Numbered from the stretch's first letter, positions 1-13,539 are shown. The stretch: DNA of 64,000 nucleotides from Eledone cirrhosa (GCA_964016885.1 OZ024742.1:249798001-249862000), one strand, 5' to 3'. Made by a program: numbers and translations. Notes: generated from the sequence alone by a model not told the origin.

Positions 1-845
1 CACAGGCAATACTAGACTGCGTGCGGCAGGTGTAAGGGAAATAACTGCGAAAGTCCGGAAAGTTTTTAGGTTGAAAATAAAATTAAAAAAATTAAAAAAT
101 TAAATTACAAAGAATCAGTCCGGAGCCTTGTAGTTATGCAATAGATGTTTGGTGACGTGTGGACAACGTGTGAAAAATTCACTTCTCGTGTTTAGGCAAT
201 CACTATTGCGTAATCTCTTTAGGATAGTTATTCGTTCGTCAATACATAAGCGACACATCAGATTTTCCCTTGCGTATGGCTTGGACTTAGTGATGGCTTT
301 CCATTGAATGGAGTAGCCTATACTTGAGTGCTTGATGGACCATACGTGACTCGCGAGTTTCGTGGATAAACGTCTGTCTGGATATCTGAAGGTAGACTGG
401 TGGTTCAGGAAACGCTCCTTGAATCGGCCCTCCGCCATGCCCACATAAGATTTGACCTCCTGTGTGCAACCATTTGACCCCCTGTTGTGTAACCATTCAT
501 TTTCTAACTACAAGGCTCCCGACTGATTTTTTGTAATTTTATTTTTAAATTTTTTTATTTTATTTTTAACGAAAAAACTTTCCGGACTTTCGCAGTTTTC
601 TCCCTTACACCTCCCGCACGCAGTCTAGTATTGCCTGTGTGAAGTGACCGAGTTTCTGCGCATGCGCGTCCGTACGGTTGTCCTTCCTGTTCCTATAAAC
701 ATACACATCCCGAGCTGAAGATCCGCGAAGGTGAAACAATTGTTCTCGATATGGTGAACTAACTGTTGTGTAACCACTTCTACCTAACTCGTCCCTTGGA
801 CTGAGTGCTCTACCACTACGGATATTACCTTCCAGTGTTCCACCA
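1..845 (-). mobile_element. Penelope-like element 3' end (GIY-YIG C-terminus) with inverted pseudo-LTR copy
   Basis: ORF 115..444(-) reads EGRFKERFLNHQSTFR...TKLASHVW...CRLCIDE...LNTRSEFFTRCPH, a PLE GIY-YIG end. Bases 1-136 are the approximate reverse complement of 505-638, and a hammerhead lies at 711-748. Confidence 0.85.
711..748 (+). ncRNA. Minimal type I hammerhead ribozyme (PLE pLTR)
   Basis: cgag-CTGAAGA-tcc gcgaa ggt-GAAA-caattgttc-tcg; stem I cgag/ctcg and palindromic stem III region aacaattgtt. Confidence 0.75.
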
Positions 846-1131
<286 letters not shown>

Positions 1132-1909
1132 GTATGTATACGTACATACATATATGTATACAGACGTACAGTAGTATGTATATACATACATACATGCACA
1201 CATATATATATGTACGTATGGGTTTACCGAACATTTATAATAATGATCGGTTTGTTTGTAAACAAACAGCCCGAATTATTACCCGTACAGTGTTCAGCAA
1301 CCATCGTTGCCCTTTTGTTCAAATATCACATCAAACCGTTTATGTATTATGTACATGTAACTCCTTAAGAAAGGCTGTGGATTGACATAATTGTTAGAGG
1401 CGTGGGATTGTAAATGGCTTGTTATTTGTTCCGGCATCCTGCTCTCTAACTTCAAATCTCACGTAGGTTAACTTCACCTATCATCCTATCGAGATCGTTA
1501 ACTTGGGAAACCAGTCCAGTACAGCGGTTGATAGTTACATTTTATCAATTTCTCAAGCTCTCTCCCCTCTCCTGGAAGAAATTCGCTGTGTTTCGATCTA
1601 GAAAAGGATGGGCTCCGAAAGATTTAAAATGCATAAACATGTCGCATATCGTGACGGTGCGCCGATGAATCTAACAGGAGTTAAGGGCCATTATGCTTAT
1701 ATTTCAAGCATTTACCTACTTAACACAGAAACCTCTTCAACATAAGCGTACCATAATATTCGAGAATAAAGCTCTATCGACTATATTTCCATAGATTTTA
1801 TTCCATGAATTTATTCGAAATATTGATGTTTTTTTAAGAGGACTTCTCAGTTTTGTTCTTCCTTCTCTAAAATATTCGTTGTGTCTATTCTTAATTTTGT
1901 ATCATTGTC

Positions 1910-2145
1910 TTCATCGTTGTTGATGTTGTTGTTGACGCTGCTACAGTTGATGTTGTTTTCATTGCCGCTGGAGTTGTTGCTGTCATTGTGATTGCTGTTA
2001 TTTTTAGTGGTGTGATTGCTGCTGTGGTTGTTGTTTTTGTTGTTGTTAATGATGATGACATTGCTGTTGTTGATGATGATGATGTTATTGCTGCTGTTTT
2101 TGTTGCTGTTGTTTTGTTGTTGCGGTTTCTGTTTTTCGCTGTTTA
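1910..2145. repeat. Degenerate (GTT/GAT/GCT)n trinucleotide tract
   Basis: Seen directly. Confidence 0.85.
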
Positions 2146-2279
2146 AGGTCATGTCGACTGATAAAGTAGTCCGCTGCAGAAAGTCACCATAATCTCATCC
2201 TTAACTTTATTTTACAGGTCTAATGTACTCTCGACTCCATTATACAGCAGCAACGAAAGCAACACCAAACGCAACAGGA

Positions 2280-2960
2280 AAACAACAACAGCAACAGCAG
2301 TAGCTTCACTAACAACAGCAACAGCAGTAGCTCCACCAACAACAGCAACAGCAGCAGCTTCACCAACAACAGCAACAGCAGCAGCTTCACCAACAACAGC
2401 AGAGCAGCAGCTCCACCAAAAACAGCACAGCAGCAGCTTCACCGACAACAGCAACAGCAGCAGCTTCACCAACAACAGCAACAGCAGCAGCTTCACCAAC
2501 AACAGCAGAGCAGCAGCTCCACCAAAAACAGCACAGCAGCAGCTTCACCGACAACAGCAACAGCAGCAGCTTCACCAACAACAGCAACAGTAGCAGCTTC
2601 ACCAACAATAGCAACAGCAGTAGCTTCACCAACAACAGCAACTGCAGCAGCTTCAGCAACAACAGCAACAGCAGCAGCTTCACCAACAACAGCAACAGCA
2701 GTAGCTTCACCAACAACAGCAACTGCAGCAGCTTCACCAACAACAGCAACTGCAGTAGCTTCACCAACAACAGCAACTGCAGTAGCTTCACCAACAACAG
2801 CAACTGCAGTAGCTTCACCAACAACAGCAACAGCAGTAGCTTCACCAACAACAGCAACTGCAGCAGCTTCACCAACAACAGCAACTGCAGCAGCTTCACC
2901 AACAACAGCAACAGCAGTAGCTTCACCAACAACAGCAGTTGTTCCACCAACAACATCAAC
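2280..2960. repeat. 27-bp minisatellite (acagcaacagcagcagcttcaccaaca)n, about 25 units
   Basis: Tandem units are visible, and a few deleted units shift the frame. Confidence 0.95.
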
Positions 2961-3754
2961 AAAAAGAACAACAAATGCAAAAACAACAGCAAAGCATCAG
3001 CAATAAAAAAAAACAGCAACAACGTTAGGACCAACAACGAGAGCAACAACAACAATACGTATAATGAACTGGTGTAAAATATACGCCCTCGGTTTCCTGT
3101 TTAAAGATATCAATTTGAAAAAAATAAACTTAGAAGAAAATATAAAAGTGTCAATCGATATTAATTTAAAAGCTCATAACATGGTTTTAGGAGGATGTCG
3201 CTATTGTTTTGACATCTAGAAGCTTCTTATGTCTCTTCTCCAAGATATTTTGATCTAAACGTTTGTTAGTGTATACAAATATTAGTTCGAATCCAACAAG
3301 GGACTACAACTCGATAGTTTGAAATATATCCAGTGTTTCTATGTCATCAGAATCGTAATTATTAATTTATAACTACTTTACATTTTGGTATAAGTTGAAT
3401 GGGTCATTACTGCCTGAGATTTTATGGTTCGGTGCATCACATCTTGCTCACATGATCCATAGTTTCGCATTGTTTCTCTGTCTGGATGTCCTTCTTGATA
3501 TCAACCAAAGTGCAGAATATAGTGGGTGCATTTCATTGTGACGACAACAATACTACTTTACAGCCATGCAGTTCTATAATAGGAAGTAAATGATATGAGA
3601 AAACTGCAGTTTTCTTGTTTTTGTTATTTTTTAAATAGCCACCACTCCTCAGATATATCTAAAAGAGTATCAAAAAGGAGGATGCATATGCACGGGTGAC
3701 TGGAGAAACATGACCACCCCCGCTTATAATAAAGAACTGTGTAGATGCATCATA

Positions 3755-4230
3755 GCCGGTTGGCTAAAAAGCACGCATTGCAATCGTAAGGTCCCGATTT
3801 CTATCCCACTGCGTAGCATTTGGAGATTTTTTTGAGACACATTTTTTAACTTACTGATTTAGACATTTTTTATAGTCGTTTATACGTTTTTCCCAAAGTT
3901 AATTTCACAAACGTTTTATTTGTTTAATTTACCACATTTTCTGGTTGACCAAAATCCGTTGAGGGGAATTGGGAAACCGAAATTGTCTGGAAATGTAGGA
4001 GTCCGTCCGATGAACTACTAACTATAATTCAAAGGCCCATGCATATTACAAACTATGTCACGCTGAACAGCCCTGAGAATTACGTTACGCAAACAGATGC
4101 ATGTGGAATGCTCAGCCATTTAGACTTTAATTCAAAGATTGATTGTACATTTAATTCAAACGGCCAGTCATGTCTCACATTGTGTCACGCTGCACCAGCC
4201 TGAGAATTGCATTAAACGTTAATGTGATTG
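3755..4230 (+). mobile_element. Degraded tRNA-headed SINE-like element with duplicated 3' segment
   Basis: Weak tRNA-like head near 3757-3815; tgtcacgctg...cctgagaatt occurs twice (about 4057 and 4183). Confidence 0.4.
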
Positions 4231-4670
4231 TTGAATACTAGAGTGAAGCAACTTCACCTAGCAATAGAGGGAGAGAATGGAGATATAAAGAGAAATTGTG
4301 TGCGAGAGAAAGGGTTAGTGATAGAAAGAGTTAACTGAATCTATATTTTTTCAAACTTCGTTTGAAGTAAACCATATTGTGTTTTACCAGACGCGCCTTA
4401 AATATGCAGGAACATATTGCACATTTGTGTAGCTGTGTTTCAATAGCCTTTACTCGTTGAAATGTACTTCCATAAGTACATGCAGAAATACTTGTGACTG
4501 TGTTCAGCGAAAAGTAACCAATTTAAAAGGAGTCGATCGTGCAGAAAATATTGCAGAGTGGGGAGGGTTGACTGAGAAAGAAGGAGGTAATGAGAGAGAG
4601 AGGGGGGGGGAGACCTAGAAATAGAGAATGTCGGACAGATTGAGAGACATATGGAGAGAGAGTAGCGAGG

Positions 4671-4713
<43 letters not shown>

Positions 4714-5231
4714 GAGAGAGAGAGAGAGAGAGAAGAGAGGGGAGAAAGAAAGACAGAAAGAGTATACAATTGAATGTTGGTTTATATTTAAGCTCAACAG
4801 AAAGGATAAGACTGACACAATGTGACATATTTAACTGGCATTCTGTGACATACAACCATTTCACAACACTTAATATTATCAAATATCTCGTTCCTTTTTT
4901 GTATATGGTAATGTTGTCTAGTGATGTTCGGCTCACTATTTGATAACTTACTATGTAACACCATACTATTAACTGTCATACTATACAATACCATACTATA
5001 ATATGTCATACCATGTAAAAACATACTATTAATACCATTCTATGTTTATACCATACTATAAAATGTTTTATCTATGATGTAATATAATACTGGTACTTTT
5101 TCTTACCGATCACTAAATGAAAAAAGATAAAACAGCTTTGATGAGACTTGAAATGAGAACTGAAGAAATTATGACAGTGTAATATAGTAAGTGTTTTACT
5201 GTATTTCACATCGTCTATCCTCAATCGTCAT

Positions 5232-6422
5232 TTGGCAGTATCGGTAGAGGGTCGGACGCCATGCATTGACGCAGAGAGTTACGGCCTTTGCCATTCAGAC
5301 TTTTAAATCCCGCCGAGGTTAACTTTGCCTTTCATCCTTACAGGGGTTGATAAAATAAAGTACCAGTAATGCACTGGTTAATTGCTGGCCTTGTGCCAAA
5401 AGTAGAAACAATTAATTGGTGGATTGGCAGTATCGGTAGAGAGTTAGATGCCATGCTTTACGGTCTGAGTTCAAATCCTGCCGAGGTTAACTTTACCTTT
5501 CATGCTTACGGGGTCGATAAAATAAAGTACCAGTAATGCACTGGGGTAAGTTCTAGCCTTGTGCCAAAAGTAGAAACAATCAATTAATGGTTTCTAATTT
5601 AGGCACAAGGCCAACAATTATGGTCATGGGGAATTTTGATAAAATCGATGCCAGTGTGTTACTGGTACTTTATTTTATCGACGCCGTAAGGATGCATGGC
5701 AAAGCTAATCTCGGCGGGATTTTGGTACGTTATTCTATTGACCCAGTAGGGCGGAAAGTGAAAACTAACCTCAGCTGGATTTGAACACGAAATGTAAAGG
5801 GCCGTAACTATATACCACAAAGCATGTTGTCAGACGCTCCACTAATACTGCTAATCTACCGCCCTAACTCCTTATCATTAATTAATAAAGAGGGCGGCGG
5901 ATTGGCAGTATCGGTAGAGGGTCGGACGCCATGCTTTCCAGCATAGTTACGTCCCTTTATGATCTGAGTTCAATTCCCGCCGAGGTTGACTTTGCCTTTC
6001 ATCCTTACGGGGTCGATAAAATAAAGTACCAGTAATGCACTGGGTAATTGCTGGCCTTGTGCCTAAAGTAGAAACAATTAATTAATAAAGTGAACGATCT
6101 GAGTTCAAATCCCGCCGAGGTTGACTTTGCCTTTCATCCTTACGGGGTCGATAAAATAAAGTACCAGTAATGCACTGGAATAATTGCTGGCCTTGTGCCT
6201 AAAGTAGAAACAATTAATTAATAAAGTGAACAGGGGGGGGGGGGCAGTATCGGTAGAAGGTCGGACGCCATGCTTTGCAACATAGAGTTACGCCCCTTTA
6301 TAGTATGAGTTCAAATCCCACCGAGGTTCACTTTGCCTTTCATCCTTTCGGGTCGATAAAATAAAGTACCAATAATTTACTGGGATAATTGTTGGCCTTG
6401 TGCCAAAAGTAGAAACAATTAA
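5232..6422 (+). mobile_element. Cluster of about 7 tRNA-derived SINE copies (5 forward, 2 partial reverse at about 5595-5865)
   Basis: Repeated ~185-bp unit: A-box TGGCAGTATCGG, B-box GAGTTCAAATCC, core gcctttcatccttacggggtcgataaaataaagtaccag, tail gccttgtgcctaaagtagaaacaatt. Confidence 0.92.
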
Positions 6423-6812
6423 TTAATAAGGTCAACTTAAATACATAATGAGGCACTTGTTAAGGCTAAGCCAAATAAAAAAAAACTTTATATTGATTTA
6501 GGAACACCCTGAGCTAAAGTTTCTTTAAAAAAATTATAAATTTCTATTATATTTCATAATTAATTTCTAATCCATTAACCGAGAGTAATTGCTAATTATG
6601 AAAAAAGCTGGAGTAATTAGTATTAAATATGAATATTATAAAATTGCAGGAATCTCGTCGTTTAAAATGTCAGTTACTGAAAACGTTTGCTCGGAGGGAC
6701 ATGTAAATATACGTTTGTGTATGTGCATATGTGTGTGAGCGTGTGTGGTGGGGAAGCAAGTATATATATATATATATACAAGACTTTTTGTACCTCTGTC
6801 TGTTTCCTTGAA

Positions 6813-6847
<35 letters not shown>

Positions 6848-6850
<3 letters not shown>

Positions 6851-7030
6851 GTTTCTACTTTAGGCACAAGGCCAGCAATTACCCAGCACATTACTGGTAC
6901 TTTATTTTATCGACCCCGTAAGGATGAAAGGCAAAGTTGTTAACCTCGGCGGGATTTGAACTCAGATCATAAAGGGACGTAACTCTATGCTAGAAAGCAT
7001 GGCGTCCAACCCTCTACCGATACTGCCAAT
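6848..7030 (-). mobile_element. tRNA-derived SINE copy
   Basis: Reverse complement of the unit at 5892-6078. Confidence 0.92.
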
Positions 7031-7439
7031 AACGGAGACATATAACGAAGACATATGGCCAGCATGATGGCACGAGGGGTAAGACTAATTCGACCTCAAT
7101 GAGATGCGAAATGAGAAAGAAAAAGATGCAAGTAAAGCTTTCTTATAGGCCGCCCCAGCTATGCATTACAAATATTAAAGTTAAATGAAGGAAAGAGATT
7201 CACAGCAACATAAATGATGGGATTAATCATTGTAGACATGGCGCAGCGTTGTAAGAAAGATATAAATAATATATAAATTTGAATTTAAATGAAAATAAAA
7301 GATTTAAGAGATGTCTTCAAACGGGTAAAAATCTGTGGGAACTGAAGGGAAGACTTTGATTATATAAGTGAGACAAACTGATCTGGGGTTATGCAAGGTC
7401 GCTCAAGGATTCATCGTATGTATTCAAAGGAAATTTTTT

Positions 7440-7635
7440 GGAAGTGGATGTGTGTTTCAACATTTGATGGCTGACTATCAACCACACGTGTTTTCTTCTC
7501 TCATATTTTTTCTATTTCCCTTTTTTTTAAACTCACGTCTGTTTTCCCTCTCTCTGCCAAACACCCACTCTTTTCTCTGATGAAAACTAGCGTCTGACAT
7601 GTTAACACTATTTTCCATCCCTTCTAAGCGTTTAA
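7440..7635 (+). mobile_element. Degraded PLE pLTR fragment with decayed hammerhead
   Basis: Shares atggctgact..cacacgYg and actattttcc with the reverse-strand segment at 24830-25060; ctCTGATGAa at about 7575. Confidence 0.45.
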
Positions 7636-7697
7636 TTTACCAGTATGGCATTGTGTTGTTACCTTGAAACAGTTTCATGCATTGAAACTCATCATCT

Positions 7698-7752
<55 letters not shown>

Positions 7753-8274
7753 ATATATATTTATATATGTCTGTGTGTGTGTGCTTGTATGTGTGTGTGT
7801 TTGTGTGTATGTGTGTGGGGGGTGTATGTATGTGTATGTGTGTGTTTGTGTGTATTTGTGTTTGTGTGTATGTGTGCCTGTGTGTGTGTGTGCTTGTATG
7901 TGTGTGTGTGTTTGTGTGTATGTGTGTGTGTGTTTGTGCGTGCGTGTGTGTGCATGAGAGTGTTCATTATAATACGAATCACGCGAGAACCACTGTGTGC
8001 TAGATTTGTCTACTAAGTTGTGCACGTATCTCCATTGATATCTTCCTCCCTACAATTCTTAGAAAGTGTTGGCAAAATAGTCACTGGTAGAACAACAGCT
8101 ATCTATATACCTGTCTTCTATGTATCTGTCTGACTGTATCTACGTATGTCGATGTAACAGTAACAGTATCTGTAACTATGCTGGTCACTGTCCATCTATT
8201 TATCTACCAACCAGTCAATCTTTTGCCAAAAAGATTGATAGCGACATAGATAGACAGGCACAAACAGACAGACA

Positions 8275-8299
8275 AATAGATATATAGATAGATAGATAA

Positions 8300-8366
<67 letters not shown>
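8275..8366. repeat. (GATA)n microsatellite abutting the LINE 3' end
   Basis: Seen directly. Confidence 0.95.
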
Positions 8367-11240
8367 TTTCTTTATTTGCCACAAGGGCTCACAAGAAAAG
8401 GAGACAATACACAGACACATGCCGGGGATTTTACATACAGTCGTGTAAAAATATTGAAACAAACAATTATAACAATCGAAACCCCAATAGGGGGAGGTGC
8501 CACAAGTGGGTTGTTTAATACCCCGTCGATTGAACAACCCTCAACTTCAGAAGCGTGTTGTGCAAGTGCTCCCTTCTTTTTTGCTCTCTTCTTTAACCTA
8601 CAGGCTTATAAACAGAGAAGGCCCAATCACTCGGGCCATTTTCGCTTCATTCACCCACCTTTCAGTAAATTTACTGGGGTGCAGTGCCTCTCTCACCACT
8701 CTGATTCTCCTTCTAAAGTGATACTTAAAGAAGGGAATCAATTGTTGTCTGGAGAGAAAGGCATCTGTACTTAGTCCTCTCAATCTCGTCCACCATATAA
8801 CCTCTTTCACCATAGCCACTGTACAGAGAAAAACCGCCTCTCTTTCGTTTTTGAAAGAGGCTGGAGGTTTGATCCTTACTATGGACTCGGCAGTCAACTG
8901 GATTTGTCCCATACGCGACAGAAGTTGTTCTGCATAGTTCCACAGGTCGCTTACGCCCGGGCAGTGTAAAATTGCGTGCAAGACGGTTTCAATGTCCTGC
9001 TCGCATCTTGGACACGTCCTCTTGGAAGGATCCCTGCCGGGATGCCCGTGCCCGTAGATCTTATCTGGAACGGGTTGAACTCCTCAGTAGCACTACCAGA
9101 GCAGAGACCTCTGGTCCCGGGCGGAAAGTCCTACCGAACAGACTGGAGAGCTCGTCGTCTTCGACGCCTAGAGTATCTCCGAGCATGTCGTCGCACTTGT
9201 AAAGTACTAAACCCTCTATAGAATATCGAAGTGGAGTCTCCAATGAGTGCTATGCCCGCTTGACAGAGGACTGTGAGCGACTGGGCGCATTCAATGTGCC
9301 ACGCGCCCATCTTATTCGGTCTTCGCTTCACCCAGGACTGCAGCTCCGTCAGCGAGACAAGTTGTGGGAAGGCCTGTACACAAACGGTGCTTACACCAGT
9401 TGGTCGGTGAGGAATACCTGGAGATGCCCTAGGCTCAGCGCATGTTTGCGCATCATTAGCCACGGCATGCCCAGCCCTCCATTGGAAGGGTGTTGACAGC
9501 AGACGGATCTCCTCACGAGTGGGGCCTGCTTCTTCCACAGGAACTGGAAGAGCATGCGTTCCATCTTGGTGAGGTATTCACGGGGGCAAGGCATGACATT
9601 CAAGCGGTAGTAGATGACGGACGCTATGAAAGTGTTCGCCACCTCCGCTCGACCTTTCAAAGACAGTTTGAACGCTGCCCACTTCTGGGTGAGCGCAAAT
9701 ACATTAGCCATGACCTCGTTCCAGTTTTTCTCCACCTGGAGGTCTGGACCAAACCAGACCCCGAGCAATTTCACCGGTACTTCCGTCCAGCGATTACCTT
9801 GATATCCGAGGTTTTCGACACCATTACCGTCACGCCGTCGACATAAGCCGACGCCGCTTTTCACAGTCCCGGTTCTAAAGGGATGCCCTGCAAAAGCTCC
9901 AACTTGTGCAGTTGTGGCTCTAGAGTCAATACGTACAGAATGGAGGAGAGAAGGCATCCCTGTCGTATGGAAGGCGTGATTGCTAACGGCTCCGATGGGT
10001 AGCCGTTCACCCTGACCTTCGAGCAGATGCTGGTGTGCATCGCCTTGATCCAGCCTCTGAAAACGGGCCGAAACCGGCCGCCTTGAGAACCGCTTCCAAG
10101 TATCGATGCCTTAGACTGATCTAAATTGATTAGAGCCCCACCGAAGCCGGGTTTACACCCTACCCTCTCTATGATGTATCGCATGAGGCGGAAGTTGTCG
10201 TGTATGGACCTGGTCGGGATTGCACACGTTTGCGCTTTCCCTACCAGGTTTTCGACGACAAGCGCCAGCCTCGTTGCTAACACCTTCGCCAAAATCTTTA
10301 ACTCTGTGTTGAGCAGAGTTATGGGCCTGAAATTGTTTATTTCGTCCCCCTTGTTCTCGTCTTTCCTGATCAGCGTTACTACGCCCTTGTCTACTGAACT
10401 GGGAATTGTCCCGTTCTGCTGCCAATTGCAGTAGACGGCGTCGAGGACGCCAGAGAACAAGTCCGGTATGCCTATGTAAAACTCATATGTAAGACCATCT
10501 AGACCGGGTGATTTGCATTCCCCACAACGGCCCAGAGCGTCTCGTATCTTAGTAGCTGTGATCGGTCTGTCGCAGAACTCGGAGTCCATGCTGGAGAGAC
10601 GCGGCAGGCCTTCGTGGTATGAACCAAAGTCCATTGGCCCGTTCGGTGCACCGTCGTTCTACTCAAACAGTCGCGCAAAGTGCCGCTGAAAGGCCGCGCA
10701 CATCTTCCTGGGATCAAGTAGCACGCGTCCGTTTTGGTCTTTCAAAGACCGAATCGTGGACTTGTTTCCACTTTTGGCTTACGCCACTCGGGCCCAGCTA
10801 ACAACTTTTGCTCCCTCGTTTCCTAGAGCACGTGATTTACTTCTGACCACGCAGCCTTCGTGTTTCGTGTCGAAGAACTGATCCAGTTGCGTTTCCACTC
10901 CTAAACCTTTTCTACCTTGGCTACTAATTCTGTTTCTGGTTTGTTTTTCTCTAAATCTAATTCTCTGCTAAGCCCTATCGATTCTACTCTAATTGCTCTC
11001 TTGAGAGAGTACCACCATCTATTGTTGACGATGGCTCCCGTCAACTCTTGCTTAACTAATCTACTTATCCGTTCACTGTAGGCTTTTCGTGCCGGCAACG
11101 ACACGTTCAGCTTCCAGTATCCGAGTCCTTTTCTATGTATTCTATCACGGTTGACTATGCAGACGATTAGTTTGGGATCTGTATAGGCAACAATGTGCAT
11201 TTGTGGTGAGCTTAATATCTTCTTGTCTAATGAGTTCATC
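8366..11240 (-). mobile_element. Tx1/L1-clade LINE, 5'-truncated and frameshifted ORF2
   Basis: Successive minus ORFs: GYWKLNVSL (end of APE region), KSPGLDGLTYEFY, NFRPITLLNTELKILAKVLATRL, IRQGCLLS, VKLLGVWF, LSLKGRAEVAN, GGLGMP, then HAILHCP (C-terminal Cys/His motif). Confidence 0.92.
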
Positions 11241-11500
11241 CTATAATAAATTTCTTTCTTCTCTCTATCTCTCTATCTATCTCATAACAGTAATTTTTTC
11301 TCTCTCTCTTTCTTCTCTTTCTTCCCTATCTTTCCCCAGCGTAATTTAAATAAACGGTTGTTTTTTCAATTTTTCTTACATTCATTTGCATATTCACACA
11401 CAATTTTGAATTACCCCTATTAAGTTTCCACTATCCAGAGAATTTCTGACCGTTGAGGTTGATTTCCATGGGTATGTCGTTATTTATAAAACAAATTTTG

Positions 11501-11565
11501 TATTTTATCTGATGAAAGCGCACCAAGGTTGGCTTGGTCGCCCTTGAAATATATATAAGAAAATA
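11501..11565 (+). ncRNA. Type I hammerhead ribozyme
   Basis: tattttat-CTGATGA-aagcgcaccaag gttgg cttggtcgccctt-GAAA-tatata-TA-agaaaata; long imperfect stem II and palindromic stem III. The same family occurs at about 37740-37790(-) and 58781-58860. Confidence 0.7.
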
Positions 11566-11752
11566 AATATGGTTTTATACATATAATTTCCATTTATTAA
11601 TATCTTGGAATATTTACTCCAGTAACTTGTTGAGTGCTCTATACCAGTTATAAACATTTATGTTTGTCGGAATTCCAACAAATTGAATACAACTTCTACA
11701 TATATATATATATATATATAGATATATATATGTAGAAGTTGTATTCAATTCG

Positions 11753-11826
<74 letters not shown>

Positions 11827-12429
11827 CAAATATAACATCTCTCTCCATATTATTTACTCACTTCAATCTATATTTTTTTTACTCACCTCAATCCGGATTC
11901 TCACTGGAAAAATTTTTAAATTTTTTAATTTCTAATTGTAAATTTTTTAATTGTTTAATTTTTAATTTCTGATATTTGATTTAGGATTTTAATTTTTATT
12001 TCCTACTCTCACTCTTAACTTCCAATGTAAAACCATGATACCTAGAATTAAGTTTATTTTCTCTTATGAGTTGATGGTCAGTCGTAGTCTACGCTTGGTG
12101 AGAGGTAGTATTGTGACCTGTAAAAACTAACACTCTCCCATCCCCTCTGGCTTTCGGCTGACTGCCACAGTCGGGTTGGGTAGCAGTAAATTATGGTACA
12201 GGCCTAAGTGGGCCATTGTTTGGCTGAGAGGGTGAACTGACTAAGCGAATTTCGTTGAAATCTGCGGTAGCTAATGGTCAACTTGCTTCGGACATGTGCC
12301 TGCGCAGACTGGTGGGGGTGAATTGTACTCACAGGGGAAAGGATGAAGAACCCAAAAGCACACACTTCATCCGTTCCCATGTCGATTCAATTTGGATTGC
12401 CTCGGAAACATAACCTTATTATGTAACAA

Positions 12430-12503
12430 GCTGTCTGATGATGTCACGACACTCGCACACAGAACAGTGTGGCCAGTGTCGTCATTGAAATATATATCAC
12501 AGC
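12430..12503 (+). ncRNA. Type I hammerhead ribozyme with extended stem II
   Basis: gctgt-CTGATGA-tgtc acgacact cg cacac agaaca gtgtg gcc agtgtcgt catt-GAAA-tatata-TC-acagc; perfect stem I gctgt/acagc. Confidence 0.8.
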
Positions 12504-12526
12504 ATTATTATTAAAGAACTATTAGA

Positions 12527-12908
12527 GAGCGGTGGATTAGCAGTATCAGTAGAGGGTCGGACGCCATGCTTTCCAGCATAGTTACGTCTCTTTACTATCT
12601 GAGTTCAAATCCCGCTGAGGTTGACTTTGCCTTTCATCCTTACGGGGTCGATAAAATAAAGTACCAGTAATGCACTGAGTAATTGCTGGCCTTGTGCCTA
12701 AAAGTAGAAACAATTATGAGGGCGGCGGATTGGCAGTATCGGTAGAGGGTCGGACGCCATGCTTTCCAGCATAGTTACGTCCACTTATGATCTGAGTTCA
12801 AATCCCGCCGAGGTTAACTTTGCCTTTCATCCTTACGGTGTCGATAAAATAAAGTACCAGTAATGCATTGGGATAATTGCTGGCCTTGTGCCTAAAGTAG
12901 AAACAATT
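12527..12908 (+). mobile_element. Two tandem tRNA-derived SINE copies
   Basis: Match to the SINE unit with A/B boxes. Confidence 0.93.
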
Positions 12909-13539
12909 ATTATTAAAGGACTTGAACATCTGAAACTACTACGCTTTTTCTTATTCGATATTTACTCCGTCACTCCTATGTGGAAAAAGTACGTTGAGTG
13001 CTTGAATTGAATTGCATCAATATTTACCCTAATAATTTAGCTCCAATTAGTTGAGCGCTCTATGATGTAACCGATATGGTAGAGAAGAGAGGAACCAACC
13101 ATGAGCTACCCCTGGAAATTCCCTCTACCATGGAGATGGAAACCCCTGACACTGGACGGACATAATAGTAACTTTCGGCAGGGTAAATACGCGGAAACAA
13201 AAACTAAGATAAATCCCTATTTTCCTGCACCAAATCACATTTGAACAGAAGCCCCCTCAATTCAATCTATACATTGACAGTTTGACAATCATATGGATCA
13301 TTTTGCATATATGTACTCTGTGTTTTTGCATTTATTCATTATTGGTTCTTTTCTTTTGTGTACTTTATGTCTGTTTTTCTTTGGTTTTGTTCCATGTGAC
13401 GGAAATTATGACTGTGTACCAGATTGATTACTGCCTTGAATACTGTAGTTTACACTCCGTTCTAATGTACGGTACTGTCGTTCAATATGTGGATAGAGTA
13501 ACTGTGACATTGGAACCCCTCTCAGAACTTCTTACTTAA

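Larger units (their letters stand above)
11836..12960 (+). repeat. Direct repeat unit A: ~670-bp non-coding element ending in a hammerhead, then 2 SINEs
   Basis: Near-identical to 13540-14458. Confidence 0.92.

Noticed and set aside
1847-2152. Asn-rich ORF
   Set aside because: Degenerate trinucleotide tract with no recognisable domain
2387-3055. 222-aa Leu-rich minus ORF (LLLLVKLL)n
   Set aside because: Antisense reading of the 27-bp minisatellite
3325-3355. CTGATGA-cata-GAAAC on the minus strand
   Set aside because: No room for stem II and no convincing stem I
5232-6422. CRISPR-like or tRNA-gene array
   Set aside because: Units are ~185-bp SINEs without unique spacers; A/B boxes are present but no complete cloverleaf
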